A stretch of 64,000 nucleotides of DNA from an uncultured Spirochaetota bacterium (lineage in GTDB: Bacteria > Spirochaetota > Spirochaetia > SZUA-6 > Fen-1364). The notes beneath the pieces were generated by a model, which saw nothing but the letters and a program-made list of their open reading frames with translations, searched no databases and was not told where the DNA came from. Position numbers and translations under genes: made by a program. The stretch's first letter is position 1; the number at the start of each line of letters is the position of its first letter. Positions 43,901-51,219 of this stretch are shown here, piece by piece. The stretch lies in the NCBI GenBank assembly GCA_963845535.1, contig CAWJSK010000019.1:32001-96000 (forward strand), in the 5' to 3' direction.

Positions 43901-46647
43901 GCTTGACGCAGACTGGGGGAACCATCACTGCCAATGTGGACCTCATTACCTCGAGCGGCAACGTTGCAATAACCGGTGGAACTTTTAATCAAGGTTCCTC
44001 CACTCTCACCATGGATACAGGCGCAACAACCGTACAGGTTCTTACGCCGAGCCAGCTTGCCAATCTCACAATCGGTGTCGCCGGCTCTGGAGCAGTGAGC
44101 ATAAGCACCGATGACCTGACGCTCTCCGGCAACCTGGACATCATCTCTTCGTGGACATTCAATACGAACGCCTTGAACCTCACGGTCGGTGGGGCGGCGA
44201 CAGTCTCCGGAACGCTCAATGGGTCAAACGGCAAGCTCGTCTCAGTGACCGGAGATACCACCTGCTCGGGCACCATCAACCTTCTGAACGGCAACTATAC
44301 GACGAACAACATGAATCTGTCGGGATCGTTGATCGCATCGGGCTCTGAAACCATTACGGTGAACGGCGGCTGGAACCGAAACGGAGGCACTTTCACTCCG
44401 GTGACATCCACGGTTCAGTTCGCGGGCGCAGGCACCATCACGGGCACGGCCGGAACCGAGACATTCTATAACCTCGTGAAGAGCGGTATCGGCACCACAA
44501 CGAACTTCACAGCGAACCTCGTCATCATCAGCAGCCTGACTTTAAGCAGCGGCACACTTCAGGACTTCGGCGCCGCTACATATACCATAACCATGGGCAA
44601 CCAGCTGGGAAGCCCCGCAACCGTGACCTGGGACAGCTCCGGCGGCGGGGTATTCTCCCCTGGGGCAGGTACCGTGTATTTCTACAATCAGAAGATCCTC
44701 GTCAACGGGACCAATACCTTTTCCACCTTCTGGGCTGACACCACAACCGCTGGCCATGCCATTACGATCTCGTTCCAGCAGGCGACGACCCAGACGGTGA
44801 ACACCACCCTCCATGTTCTCGGAACTGCCGCAAATGCGGTCACGCTTATGAGCGCGGCCCAGGCTCTCCTCTATAGCGTGCCGCCGCCCAATGACGCCAG
44901 CTTGACGCCACATATAGCTCCCAATCCGCCCACGTGGAACCAGCAGTGGTACATCAGCGTTCCAGGAGCTGCCACGATTGACTGGGTCATCGTCCAGCTC
45001 AGCTGGGCCAGCACCACATCCATCACTCCAGGCCCGAATTGCACGAACGATGGGTATAACGATAACTGGTTCTTTACTATTCCAGTGATTGCCAGCTGGA
45101 CGATAGACAAAAACAACAATAGTCGAATCGACACCCTTCGAGTCCAGGTGAAACAAGGAACCACGCTTGGTGGCTCGTTCAACGGAATAGTTGTCAAGGT
45201 GGACGGATACGGCACGGTTTCGGGAGCCGCCAACTTCAGCCTTCCCGCGGGAAATACGGACGTTTTTGACGTCACACTCCCGGAGGGATCATTTGAGGAC
45301 ACAAGCGCGACTCCGACCTGGCAGATACTTTCCAATACTACTCTTATTGGGACAGTTGGCGGTGCCTTGGTGGAACACAACACTGCCACTTCAACGAAAG
45401 TATACACAGCATCCAAGGGCGCCAGACCTGTCATTACATATACTCTTGCCGCCTTGAGTTCAACTCAAGCCTACATTCACTTCTCGGAGCTTGTGTTCGG
45501 AAATGCGGCCCTCGGCGCTTCGATCAGCGCAATTAGCTTCATTTACTCAGGCGGGGGACTGACGGCAGTGCGGCCGGTGGAGACAAGCGGGAGCGGCGCA
45601 CACGGTGCCGTCATTACGTTCACAACCCCACTTGCGGTCAATGACATCCTTGCTGGCGCGCAAAACATCCAGGCAGCTCCCGGGGCAATCTGGGGCGCAC
45701 CTGCCAGCGTGGACCCGGCTCCATATCCAAACGCAATTGCTGACAAGAATCTGGCTCCAAACGCAAATCGCTCAATGTTGAACGCGACGGCCACGGCCTT
45801 CGGACCCGCTGTGCAGGTTCACAACATCTCCGACGTGGGCATCGGCTTTATCACCCCTGTGCTTGCCGAGGACCAGAGCATCATACGCGATCCGACACGG
45901 GGCGGGATTGGCCTTGTGACTGTTTTCGACGGGTCCAAGTGGTTGCCTCCTCAAAATGTTTTCCTTGAGGCGCGAATTTCACCGCAGGTTTTGGGTGTCG
46001 TGCCCGTTCCCGCCGTCACTTTGTATTGGGACATCAACCCGCCTTCCACATATGACTTCAACAACCTCTGGCTCCCGACCGGGGCCAGCACCCTGTGGTG
46101 GGCCGGCTACCTAAACGGTGATCGCGCGCACCCCGCCGACCCGCAAGCGACTTTGGTCCCGTCGTCTGCTTCGAACGCGGGCCTTCGCGATTTCATCATT
46201 CAAGCGAACAACCCGGCAATCAAGGATGGGGCGCTGTTCCAGTTCATGTTCCTTCTCAACGATGGAGCCGGCCACACCCTGCCCTGTGCTTTCCCGGCGG
46301 ACCCCGCAAATCCTGCCAATGTGAGGCCATTCGAATACATGCTGCATTCCGTAGTCCAGCAGCGCGGCGGGGTCACGATAACAAACAACGTCATCCACCC
46401 CGCAAACGGCGAGAGTGCTTACCTGCACTACACGGTAAACGCTCCGGGACCCGTGACGATCATGGTGTTCGACCTCAGCGGAAGCATTGTGAACGTCTTG
46501 CAAAGAGGCACGCAGTCTTCGGGAGAGTACACAACCGCTTGGGACGGCAAGAACCGCGGTGGGCGCGCAGTAGCTCGGGGAATCTACTTCATCAGGGTCG
46601 TGGGACCGGGATTCGATGAAATCCGCAAGGTGCTGGTTGTAAGATAG
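37918..46647 (+). CDS. Giant (2909 aa) secreted Gly/Thr-rich beta-strand-repeat surface protein with C-terminal FlgD-Ig-like domain
   Basis: Signal peptide; W-x-x-x-x-NW motifs; internal 81-aa repeats; C-terminal VFDLSG..V...WDGKNRGGRAVARGIYFIRV...RKVLVVR. Confidence 0.9.
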   Translation: MARVLRTPVLITLFVCSSLPIFAIAYNWTNNAGLGDFLWTTTTNWAPNGTPGNGDSVTISNGDTVKLNTLSGSTGNLVQLVVSGGSGINGTNNAGTAAAAQLLGVRTTVTLSGTGTIGATITMQATAATTFTCSISNFNALFKVSNAITVTLGGPATLAGGSIQFSLGTLTTNNFDISLGGNWSFAGATAFNVGTSTVTFSGPGAQTVDTGGFPFASLTKSGSSTLSVLNNQLTVTGTLTTSTATDVVDMGTQNFNLGALSNTGTIALDGIQPTQTITAMDTAKGTVNYYGTLAGTIPLLLHTFYNLTISGGGPRVFSLNYLATFVNNLLTITSGSTLTMGTFAGAGPNTVILTVGTAPTSGSLAVTGTLDCTGVAPTSTTGGAYLILVNGTTTINTGGDIKTGNNTLYLSDANGLGGSLVMAGGTLDFHLATNTANTTIGTGAISGTGIINASGQGTIRPQGNVTLTGLTYTPGQTRLTFAGGTSGSPLVFTPGTASVDSIRIGSGTLAVGSVVKVSGATLNLTGNVSSNGAISCGSNAGGVTSSLDVTGVTVTVGAAQAGGGDVDFTVAPGAALSTFISTGSTFIFSGTNAQALNSNSLSFNNLQVGATGALTLSASITLTGDLSNNLGGSLNTTANSTTVTFAPTGLSTAYNVLHPGLSASPAAMISGTNTFFNFTCNTVPGATLYFTSGNTTTVNNAWTIAGTSGNLVSLLSSNFGSQWTISIAGTSSVSYAYVQDSSVSGANNISPTTSTNAGNNKTAVAPRWIFSAGSLTWVGATSNNWNVASNWDLGYIPGPQDNVTISGSNPAKLFSAVSVSSILITTGTLDLSNFNLPLLTSSGAAGSFTLQAGGTLLLDGGQATLTFGSAPVLSGTVEYYGTGTTGLILGNTYVNLEFANAGTWTLNAPLSVTGTFSYPSGSPKVKLSGNNMTVGGSLTAPGTLDASGGGNVTAAGNVDFTGGTFTSGAGAFIFDGTSTLTTAGNPFSNVQIGTATVGGSLALADNLTLTGTLTFQTGGATTLNVGNVTVTLGPAALNMTNLTTFTTGGSSTFVFDGTTSLTSATKVFNNIEIGNTTTAGSLTLAGNLTLTGAITVGTFAGSVFNVGGFTVTVGGNVTLTNLVPANFTSAGSTFIFDGTSTLTTAGGTFSNVQIGTATVGGSLALADNLTLTGTLTFQTGGATTLNVGNVTVTLGPAALNMTNLTTFTTGGSSTFVFDGTTSLTSATKVFNNIEIGNTTTAGSLTLVDNLTLTGAISIGTTAGSTFVVTNRTVTVGGNVTLTNLVPANFTSAGSTFIFDGTSTLTTAGGTFNNVQIGTATVGGSLALADNLTLTGTLTFQTGGATTLNVGNVTVTLGPAALNMTNLTTFTTGGSSTFVFDGTTSLTSATKVFNNIEIGNTTTAGSLTLVDNLTLTGAISIGTTAGSTFVVTNRTVTVGGNVTFTASLTAFTSGGSTFIFDGSSTLTTAGGTFSNVQIGTATVGGSLALADNLTLTGTLTFQTGGATTLNVGNVTVTLGPAALNMTNLTTFTTGGSSTFVFDGTTSLTSATKVFNNIEIGNTTTAGSLTLAGNLTLTGAITVGTFAGSVFNVGGFTVTVGGNVMLTNLVPANFTSAGSTFIFDGTSTLTTAGGTFNNIEIGNTTTAGSLTLVDNLTLTGAISIGTTAGSTFVVTNRTVTVGGNVTLTNLVPANFTSAGSTFIFDGTSTLTTAGGTFNNVQIGTATVGGSLALADNLTLTGTLTFQTGGATTLNVGNVTVTLGPAALNMTNLTTFTTGGSSTFVFDGTTSLTSATKVFNNIEIGNTTTAGSLTLVDNLTLTGAISIGTTAGSTFVVTNRTVTVGGNVTFTASLTAFTSGGSTFIFDGTTTLASTGKTFNNIQVGTATLAAAVTLGDNAALANASGVLSMTQGALDLNGHTLVLGTALNMNSATVAQITVGTGTLDGTTNGRAITISSAQATITQTAGTLKAPSLTVSNGTYTQTGALAGTVTLGTGGLTQTGGTITANVDLITSSGNVAITGGTFNQGSSTLTMDTGATTVQVLTPSQLANLTIGVAGSGAVSISTDDLTLSGNLDIISSWTFNTNALNLTVGGAATVSGTLNGSNGKLVSVTGDTTCSGTINLLNGNYTTNNMNLSGSLIASGSETITVNGGWNRNGGTFTPVTSTVQFAGAGTITGTAGTETFYNLVKSGIGTTTNFTANLVIISSLTLSSGTLQDFGAATYTITMGNQLGSPATVTWDSSGGGVFSPGAGTVYFYNQKILVNGTNTFSTFWADTTTAGHAITISFQQATTQTVNTTLHVLGTAANAVTLMSAAQALLYSVPPPNDASLTPHIAPNPPTWNQQWYISVPGAATIDWVIVQLSWASTTSITPGPNCTNDGYNDNWFFTIPVIASWTIDKNNNSRIDTLRVQVKQGTTLGGSFNGIVVKVDGYGTVSGAANFSLPAGNTDVFDVTLPEGSFEDTSATPTWQILSNTTLIGTVGGALVEHNTATSTKVYTASKGARPVITYTLAALSSTQAYIHFSELVFGNAALGASISAISFIYSGGGLTAVRPVETSGSGAHGAVITFTTPLAVNDILAGAQNIQAAPGAIWGAPASVDPAPYPNAIADKNLAPNANRSMLNATATAFGPAVQVHNISDVGIGFITPVLAEDQSIIRDPTRGGIGLVTVFDGSKWLPPQNVFLEARISPQVLGVVPVPAVTLYWDINPPSTYDFNNLWLPTGASTLWWAGYLNGDRAHPADPQATLVPSSASNAGLRDFIIQANNPAIKDGALFQFMFLLNDGAGHTLPCAFPADPANPANVRPFEYMLHSVVQQRGGVTITNNVIHPANGESAYLHYTVNAPGPVTIMVFDLSGSIVNVLQRGTQSSGEYTTAWDGKNRGGRAVARGIYFIRVVGPGFDEIRKVLVVR
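40876..43542 (+). repeat. Intragenic tandem array of eleven 243/240-bp modules
   Basis: Module starts at 40876, 41119, 41362, 41605, 41848, 42091, 42331, 42574, 42817, 43060 and 43303; near-identical at DNA level within each module type. Confidence 0.93.
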
Positions 46648-46746
46648 CCGCGGTCTGTGCCTTGAAACTTGCCTCGGATTCGGGTCACACTGCTTGTGAC
46701 CGGATCCTTGCGTGATACCCATCTTCTTGTCGAGAATGGGTGAGAG

Positions 46747-48156
46747 GTGTCGCCGCTGCGGCTGATCATCGGACATTCCAACATGGACCTCGATTGTCTT
46801 GGCTCCGTGGCGCTGGCGCGGCGGCTGTTTCCCGGCTCACGCGGGGTCCGAAGCCGCCTGATCCATCCCGTTGCGCGCAACCTTTACAATCTCTACGGCG
46901 AGCAGTTGGACCTCATATCGATCGAAGAGATCGGTGAGCAGCCAGTCGAACAGATCGTCGTAGTCGATACGCGGTCCTTTGGCAGGATCAAGGAATACCT
47001 GGGAGGGATCGATCCTCTGCCGGCTCAGATCGATGTCTTCGACCATCACCCCGCGGATTCCTCGGACATCCCCGGCGCGGTTATCCATGAGGGAAGCGTT
47101 GGCGCCAATACGACCCTTCTTGGATTGGAGGCAATGCGCCGCGGCATCCAGCTGACCCCTGAGGAGGCAACAATCGCCCTGACCGGCATTTACGCGGACA
47201 CAGGCAGCTTCACTCATGAGAACGTAGCGCTCGCGGATTTCGAGGTGGCGGGCTACCTCGTTTCCCAGGGAGCATCCGTCTCTTTGGTGAAGAGTTTTCT
47301 CCAGCCGCTGAAGGATGAGGCTCAAATATCGCTTTTCCACGAGATCCTCAACCGGCTCACCTACCAGACCCTGCACGGCCACCAGATCGTCACAACGTAC
47401 ATGGAGCTGGGTCAGCAGGTCGGCGGGCTTGCAGCCGTGGTGGAGAAGGTCTTCGAGGTGGAGAATCCCGACGCCATCTTCTCCGTGTTCTATTTCATGA
47501 AGGAAAGGGACTCGCTCATCATTGCCCGAAGCCAGCAGCATCGCATTGACCTTGGGCGGATACTCGCCGCCTTCGGAGGGGGAGGGCACTCCCAAGCCTC
47601 TTCCGCCCTGCTGAAGAATGAGCCGGGCCGCAAGACTTTCCATGCCCTGCAGGCCTACCTGAAAGCCATGCTGGACGAAGCGGCCACAGCGCGCTCGATC
47701 ATGAGAGACGATGTGCACGTGGCCCGGGATTCCTGGACGCTGCGGGAAGCTTCCGAGTTCCTGGAGAGGGTGGACCGCACGGGGGCGCCTGTCGTGGACG
47801 GCACGGGGCGGCTCTGCGGATTCCTCACTCTGCGCGACATCAGCAAGGGCCGCAGCGCCGGCAAGATGACAGCGCCGGTGCGCGCGTACATGACGCGCAA
47901 AGTGATCAGCGCCACTGCGTGCACCACGCTGAGAGAGTTGGAGCACATCTTTTTCTCCCACACGATATTCTCGCTTCCCATCGTTGAGGATGGGAAAGTT
48001 GCCGGGCTTGTCACTCGCGCGGATTACCTCAAGGCGCGCATGGGTGAAGAAGGCGCGGCGTCCTTGCCAACCCCCGGTGGGACGTTTCCAGCAGCCCCGC
48101 CAACCCCCGGCGGGACGTCTCCCGCAGCACCGTTTGCCCCGTCCGTCCAGGCATGA
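46747..48156 (+). CDS. DHH/DHHA1 phosphoesterase with a CBS pair
   Basis: HSNMDLDCLGS, VVDT, FDHHP, GIYADTGSF and GGGGH, then two CBS repeats. Confidence 0.9.
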   Translation: MSPLRLIIGHSNMDLDCLGSVALARRLFPGSRGVRSRLIHPVARNLYNLYGEQLDLISIEEIGEQPVEQIVVVDTRSFGRIKEYLGGIDPLPAQIDVFDHHPADSSDIPGAVIHEGSVGANTTLLGLEAMRRGIQLTPEEATIALTGIYADTGSFTHENVALADFEVAGYLVSQGASVSLVKSFLQPLKDEAQISLFHEILNRLTYQTLHGHQIVTTYMELGQQVGGLAAVVEKVFEVENPDAIFSVFYFMKERDSLIIARSQQHRIDLGRILAAFGGGGHSQASSALLKNEPGRKTFHALQAYLKAMLDEAATARSIMRDDVHVARDSWTLREASEFLERVDRTGAPVVDGTGRLCGFLTLRDISKGRSAGKMTAPVRAYMTRKVISATACTTLRELEHIFFSHTIFSLPIVEDGKVAGLVTRADYLKARMGEEGAASLPTPGGTFPAAPPTPGGTSPAAPFAPSVQA

Positions 48157-49018
48157 CGATGAGGCCGCCTTCTTCGATTCCCGAGCTCGTTGGCAACCAG
48201 GCATGCAGGCTTGGCGTTGGTCCCTTCTGGCAGCCAGCGTCCGGTCTCTTGTACTGGACGGATGCATACGAAAGCGCGCTGTATTCCTACGACCCCGCTG
48301 CTTCAAAGGCAGCCAAAGTAGCCACGGGTGAGAAGGTGCTCCAAGGCGTCCCGCGTGCAGACGGCAGCGTTCTTCTTTTGATGGCTGACGGAATGCTGAA
48401 AGTCCTCGAAGGCGGCGTGCTGAGGCCTCTCGAGACGCGCTTGTCATGGAGCCCCGGGGCCCAGCTCGACGCCGTGACGGTGGACCGGCAAGGCCGTCTG
48501 CTGTACGCAGCGCGATCAGCAGCGGCCAGATCAGCAAACCTTTACCGGGTGAGCGCTGGGGGGACCGAGGAAGTGTTGACGGGCCTTGGCAGGCCAAGCG
48601 GGCTTGGCTTTGATCCGGGTGGAGGCTTCCTGTACTGCTCCAACGCTGCCAGCCGGGAGATCATGCGATTTGCGTGTGACAGTGAACCGGCGCGTTTGCC
48701 GGCCGGGAGGCAATCTTTCAGGTGCCGGAGTCCCTGGGCGTCCCACACGGTATTGCCGTTGACGCGAAAGGCTTCCTCTGGGTTGCAGTCTGGGGCGGAA
48801 GCTGCGTGCTGCGGCTGTCTCCTGCCGGTAAGGAAGACCAGCGGGCGTACTTCACCACGAAGCTCCTCAGCGGGATTGCATTCGGCGGGCAAGACTTGCG
48901 GGACCTGTATGTCATCTCTTCCGGAGCGGATGATCGAAAAGCAAACGGGCCTGGCGCAGGGGCCTTGTATCGGCTGCACCCGGGGGCCAAGGGCGCCCCG
49001 TCATCGCTCCTCCCGTAG
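48153..49018 (+). CDS. SMP-30/gluconolactonase/LRE family protein, frameshift at about 48715
   Basis: LG.GPFW, LYWTD and PSGLGF in one frame; PHGIAVDAKGFLWVAVWGG and FGGQDLRDLYV in the next. Confidence 0.8.
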
Positions 49019-49100
49019 ACGCTTCCCAACATCTCTACGGATCTCCTTGCCCCGCTTGCCTCAAGGAGAGGCCCTCCTTCACAGAGAGGCCGTGCATCAC

Positions 49101-49129
49101 TTGACTCTGAGGCCGGTGGCCGCTATGAT
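49101..49129 (+). promoter_or_regulatory. Near-consensus sigma70 promoter
   Basis: TTGACT-17 nt-TATGAT. Confidence 0.75.
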
Positions 49130-49161
49130 GCGGCCACTTCTGTTTCGTTTGGGGTGAATGA

Positions 49162-49401
49162 ATGGCAAAAAGCCACCGTGGAAAGGGTTTGAAGGGTCAA
49201 GTGCGGCAGGGCAGGGGCCTCTGCCCGCTTTGCAAGCGGACGGCTGTCAAAGTCGTCTATGAAGCGCAGGTGAAAGACAAGACAATCAAGGTCTGCAAGA
49301 CCTGCAAGGCCGCGCTGAGCCATGGCAAGTACCAGGCGGAAGCGGAGGCCTTTGTCGGCGCAGCCGCTGCTGCCGCTCCCGCGGCCCCTGCGGCCACATA
49401 A
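49162..49401 (+). CDS. Small basic zinc-ribbon protein (CxxC...CxxC)
   Basis: MAKSHRGKG...GRGLCPLCKRT...KVCKTCK with an Ala/Pro tail; own promoter. Confidence 0.8.
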   Translation: MAKSHRGKGLKGQVRQGRGLCPLCKRTAVKVVYEAQVKDKTIKVCKTCKAALSHGKYQAEAEAFVGAAAAAAPAAPAAT

Positions 49402-49431
49402 GGGGTTTCTCCGCGTTCCCTTGGATTGAAA

Positions 49432-49848
49432 ATGCCTGAGCCGGTGTTCGTTGCGCTTCTCATAGCGGACCGAGTCGTCACGGAGGATAACCAGAAAAAG
49501 GGGATCATCGGCACCTTTACGCAGTTCACGGTCCGACAGGTCCCCGCCGCCCTTCCCCCGTGGTTCATCTACGCCGCCGTAACCAACATCAGCGGCGAGC
49601 ATACGTTTTCCCTCAATCTGCTTTTTGACCGCAGCCAGCAGGTGATCTTCTCCGCGGGCGGGAAGGTTTCCGTGGACGACCCGCGTCGGGTGGTCGAGCT
49701 GGTCATCCAGGTGCCCAATGTCGTCTTCCCGGATGAGGGCACGTACAACATTTCCTTCCATATAGATGCGGATCTTATTGCGACCCGCATCCTGGATGTC
49801 GTGAAAGCCCCAGAGCAGCGGCCCGTTGTTCCCGGTCAGCCCGGGTAG
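49432..49848 (+). CDS. DUF6941-like beta-sandwich protein
   Basis: ALLIADRVVTED.QKKGIIGTF...FPDEGTY pattern, recognised by eye. Confidence 0.6.
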   Translation: MPEPVFVALLIADRVVTEDNQKKGIIGTFTQFTVRQVPAALPPWFIYAAVTNISGEHTFSLNLLFDRSQQVIFSAGGKVSVDDPRRVVELVIQVPNVVFPDEGTYNISFHIDADLIATRILDVVKAPEQRPVVPGQPG

Positions 49849-49873
49849 CGCGCACTCGACCAGATGCGACCGG

Positions 49874-51190
49874 TCAGCCCGGGTAGCAGGCGTCCTTGAA
49901 CTTGCAGCTCCTGGCGCAGTGGTGGCGCCGGCGCTCAAGCTCCGCGGGGTATGCTTCGAGGTCAATGCTCAGCCGCGCCACTCCTGACGCCATGGCCGCC
50001 CTGGCAACCGCCGGCGCTTCCCAGAACAGCACCCGGGTGTCCAGCGGCGTCGGGATGAGGTAATCCTCCCCGAACCCCAGGGATGATCTTCCGTACGCCT
50101 CCAGCACGCATTCCGGCACTCCTTCATGGGCAAGGGCGGCAAGGGACTTTGCCGCGGCGAGCTTCATTTCTTCATTGATCGCCCGCGCGCGTACGTCCAG
50201 CGCGCCTCGGAAGATGAAAGGAAACCCGAGCAGGTTGTTGATCTGGTTCGGGTAGTCGCTTCGTCCCGTGCCAATAATCACGTCCTTGCGCGTTTCCTTG
50301 GCCAGCTCATAGCGGATCTCAGGGTCCGGGTTTGCGCAGGCAAACACCACGGGTCGCTCCGCCATGGAGCGAAGCATGGCAGGGGAGAGCACGTCCTTGC
50401 CTGACAGGCCAAGAAACATGTCCGCGCCGCGAACGGCGTCAGCAAGGGTCCGTTCATCCGTTGCGGCGGCGAAGCGCGCTTTATAGGCGTTCATGTTTTC
50501 CCGCCGGCCCGCGTGGACCACGCCCTTGGTGTCCACAAGGCGCATGTTTTCCCGGCGCGCCCCCATGGTGACGTAGAACTCCGAGCAGGCAATTGCCGCC
50601 GCCCCCGCTCCGCTCACCACGATCTTGATGTCGCCAATGCGCTTGCCCGACAGCTCCAGCGCGTTCATGAGCGCGGCGCCCGTGATGATTGCCGTCCCGT
50701 GCTGGTCGTCGTGGAACACGGGGATGTCAAGCGCTTCCTTGAGCCGCCTCTCCACCTCGAAGCACTCCGGCGCCTTGATGTCCTCCAGGTTGATTCCGCC
50801 GAACGTCGGCGCCATGGCCCGGACGGCGCTCACCATCTGGTCCACGCTGGGGGCGTCCAGCTCGATGTCGAAAACGTCGACATCGGCAAACCTCTTGAAG
50901 AGAATCCCTTTGCCCTCCATCACGGGCTTGGAGGCAAGCGGGCCGCGGTTGCCCAGTCCGAGGATGGCGCTCCCGTTGGTGATCACGCCAACCAGGTTTG
51001 CCCGCGACGTGTATTCGTAGGCGGCTTCAGGTGAGCGCTCGATTGCCTCCACCACCGCCGCCACCCCCGGCGTGTAGGCAAGGGCAAGGTCGCGCTGCGT
51101 GGAAAGCCCCTTGGTGGGAACTACCTCTATCTTGCCGGGACGCCCCGCCTTGTGATACTCGAAGACGTCCCGCGGGGAAACTGGGTCCAT
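49874..51190 (-). CDS. NAD(P)-dependent malic enzyme (no PTA domain)
   Basis: LALAYTPGVA, SKPVMEGK, INLEDIKAPECF, HDDQHGT, GAGAA, GRSDYPNQINN. Confidence 0.95.
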   Translation of the reverse strand: MDPVSPRDVFEYHKAGRPGKIEVVPTKGLSTQRDLALAYTPGVAAVVEAIERSPEAAYEYTSRANLVGVITNGSAILGLGNRGPLASKPVMEGKGILFKRFADVDVFDIELDAPSVDQMVSAVRAMAPTFGGINLEDIKAPECFEVERRLKEALDIPVFHDDQHGTAIITGAALMNALELSGKRIGDIKIVVSGAGAAAIACSEFYVTMGARRENMRLVDTKGVVHAGRRENMNAYKARFAAATDERTLADAVRGADMFLGLSGKDVLSPAMLRSMAERPVVFACANPDPEIRYELAKETRKDVIIGTGRSDYPNQINNLLGFPFIFRGALDVRARAINEEMKLAAAKSLAALAHEGVPECVLEAYGRSSLGFGEDYLIPTPLDTRVLFWEAPAVARAAMASGVARLSIDLEAYPAELERRRHHCARSCKFKDACYPG

Positions 51191-51219
51191 TCCATCACTC
51201 CCTCTGCTGTCCTTGCGCG

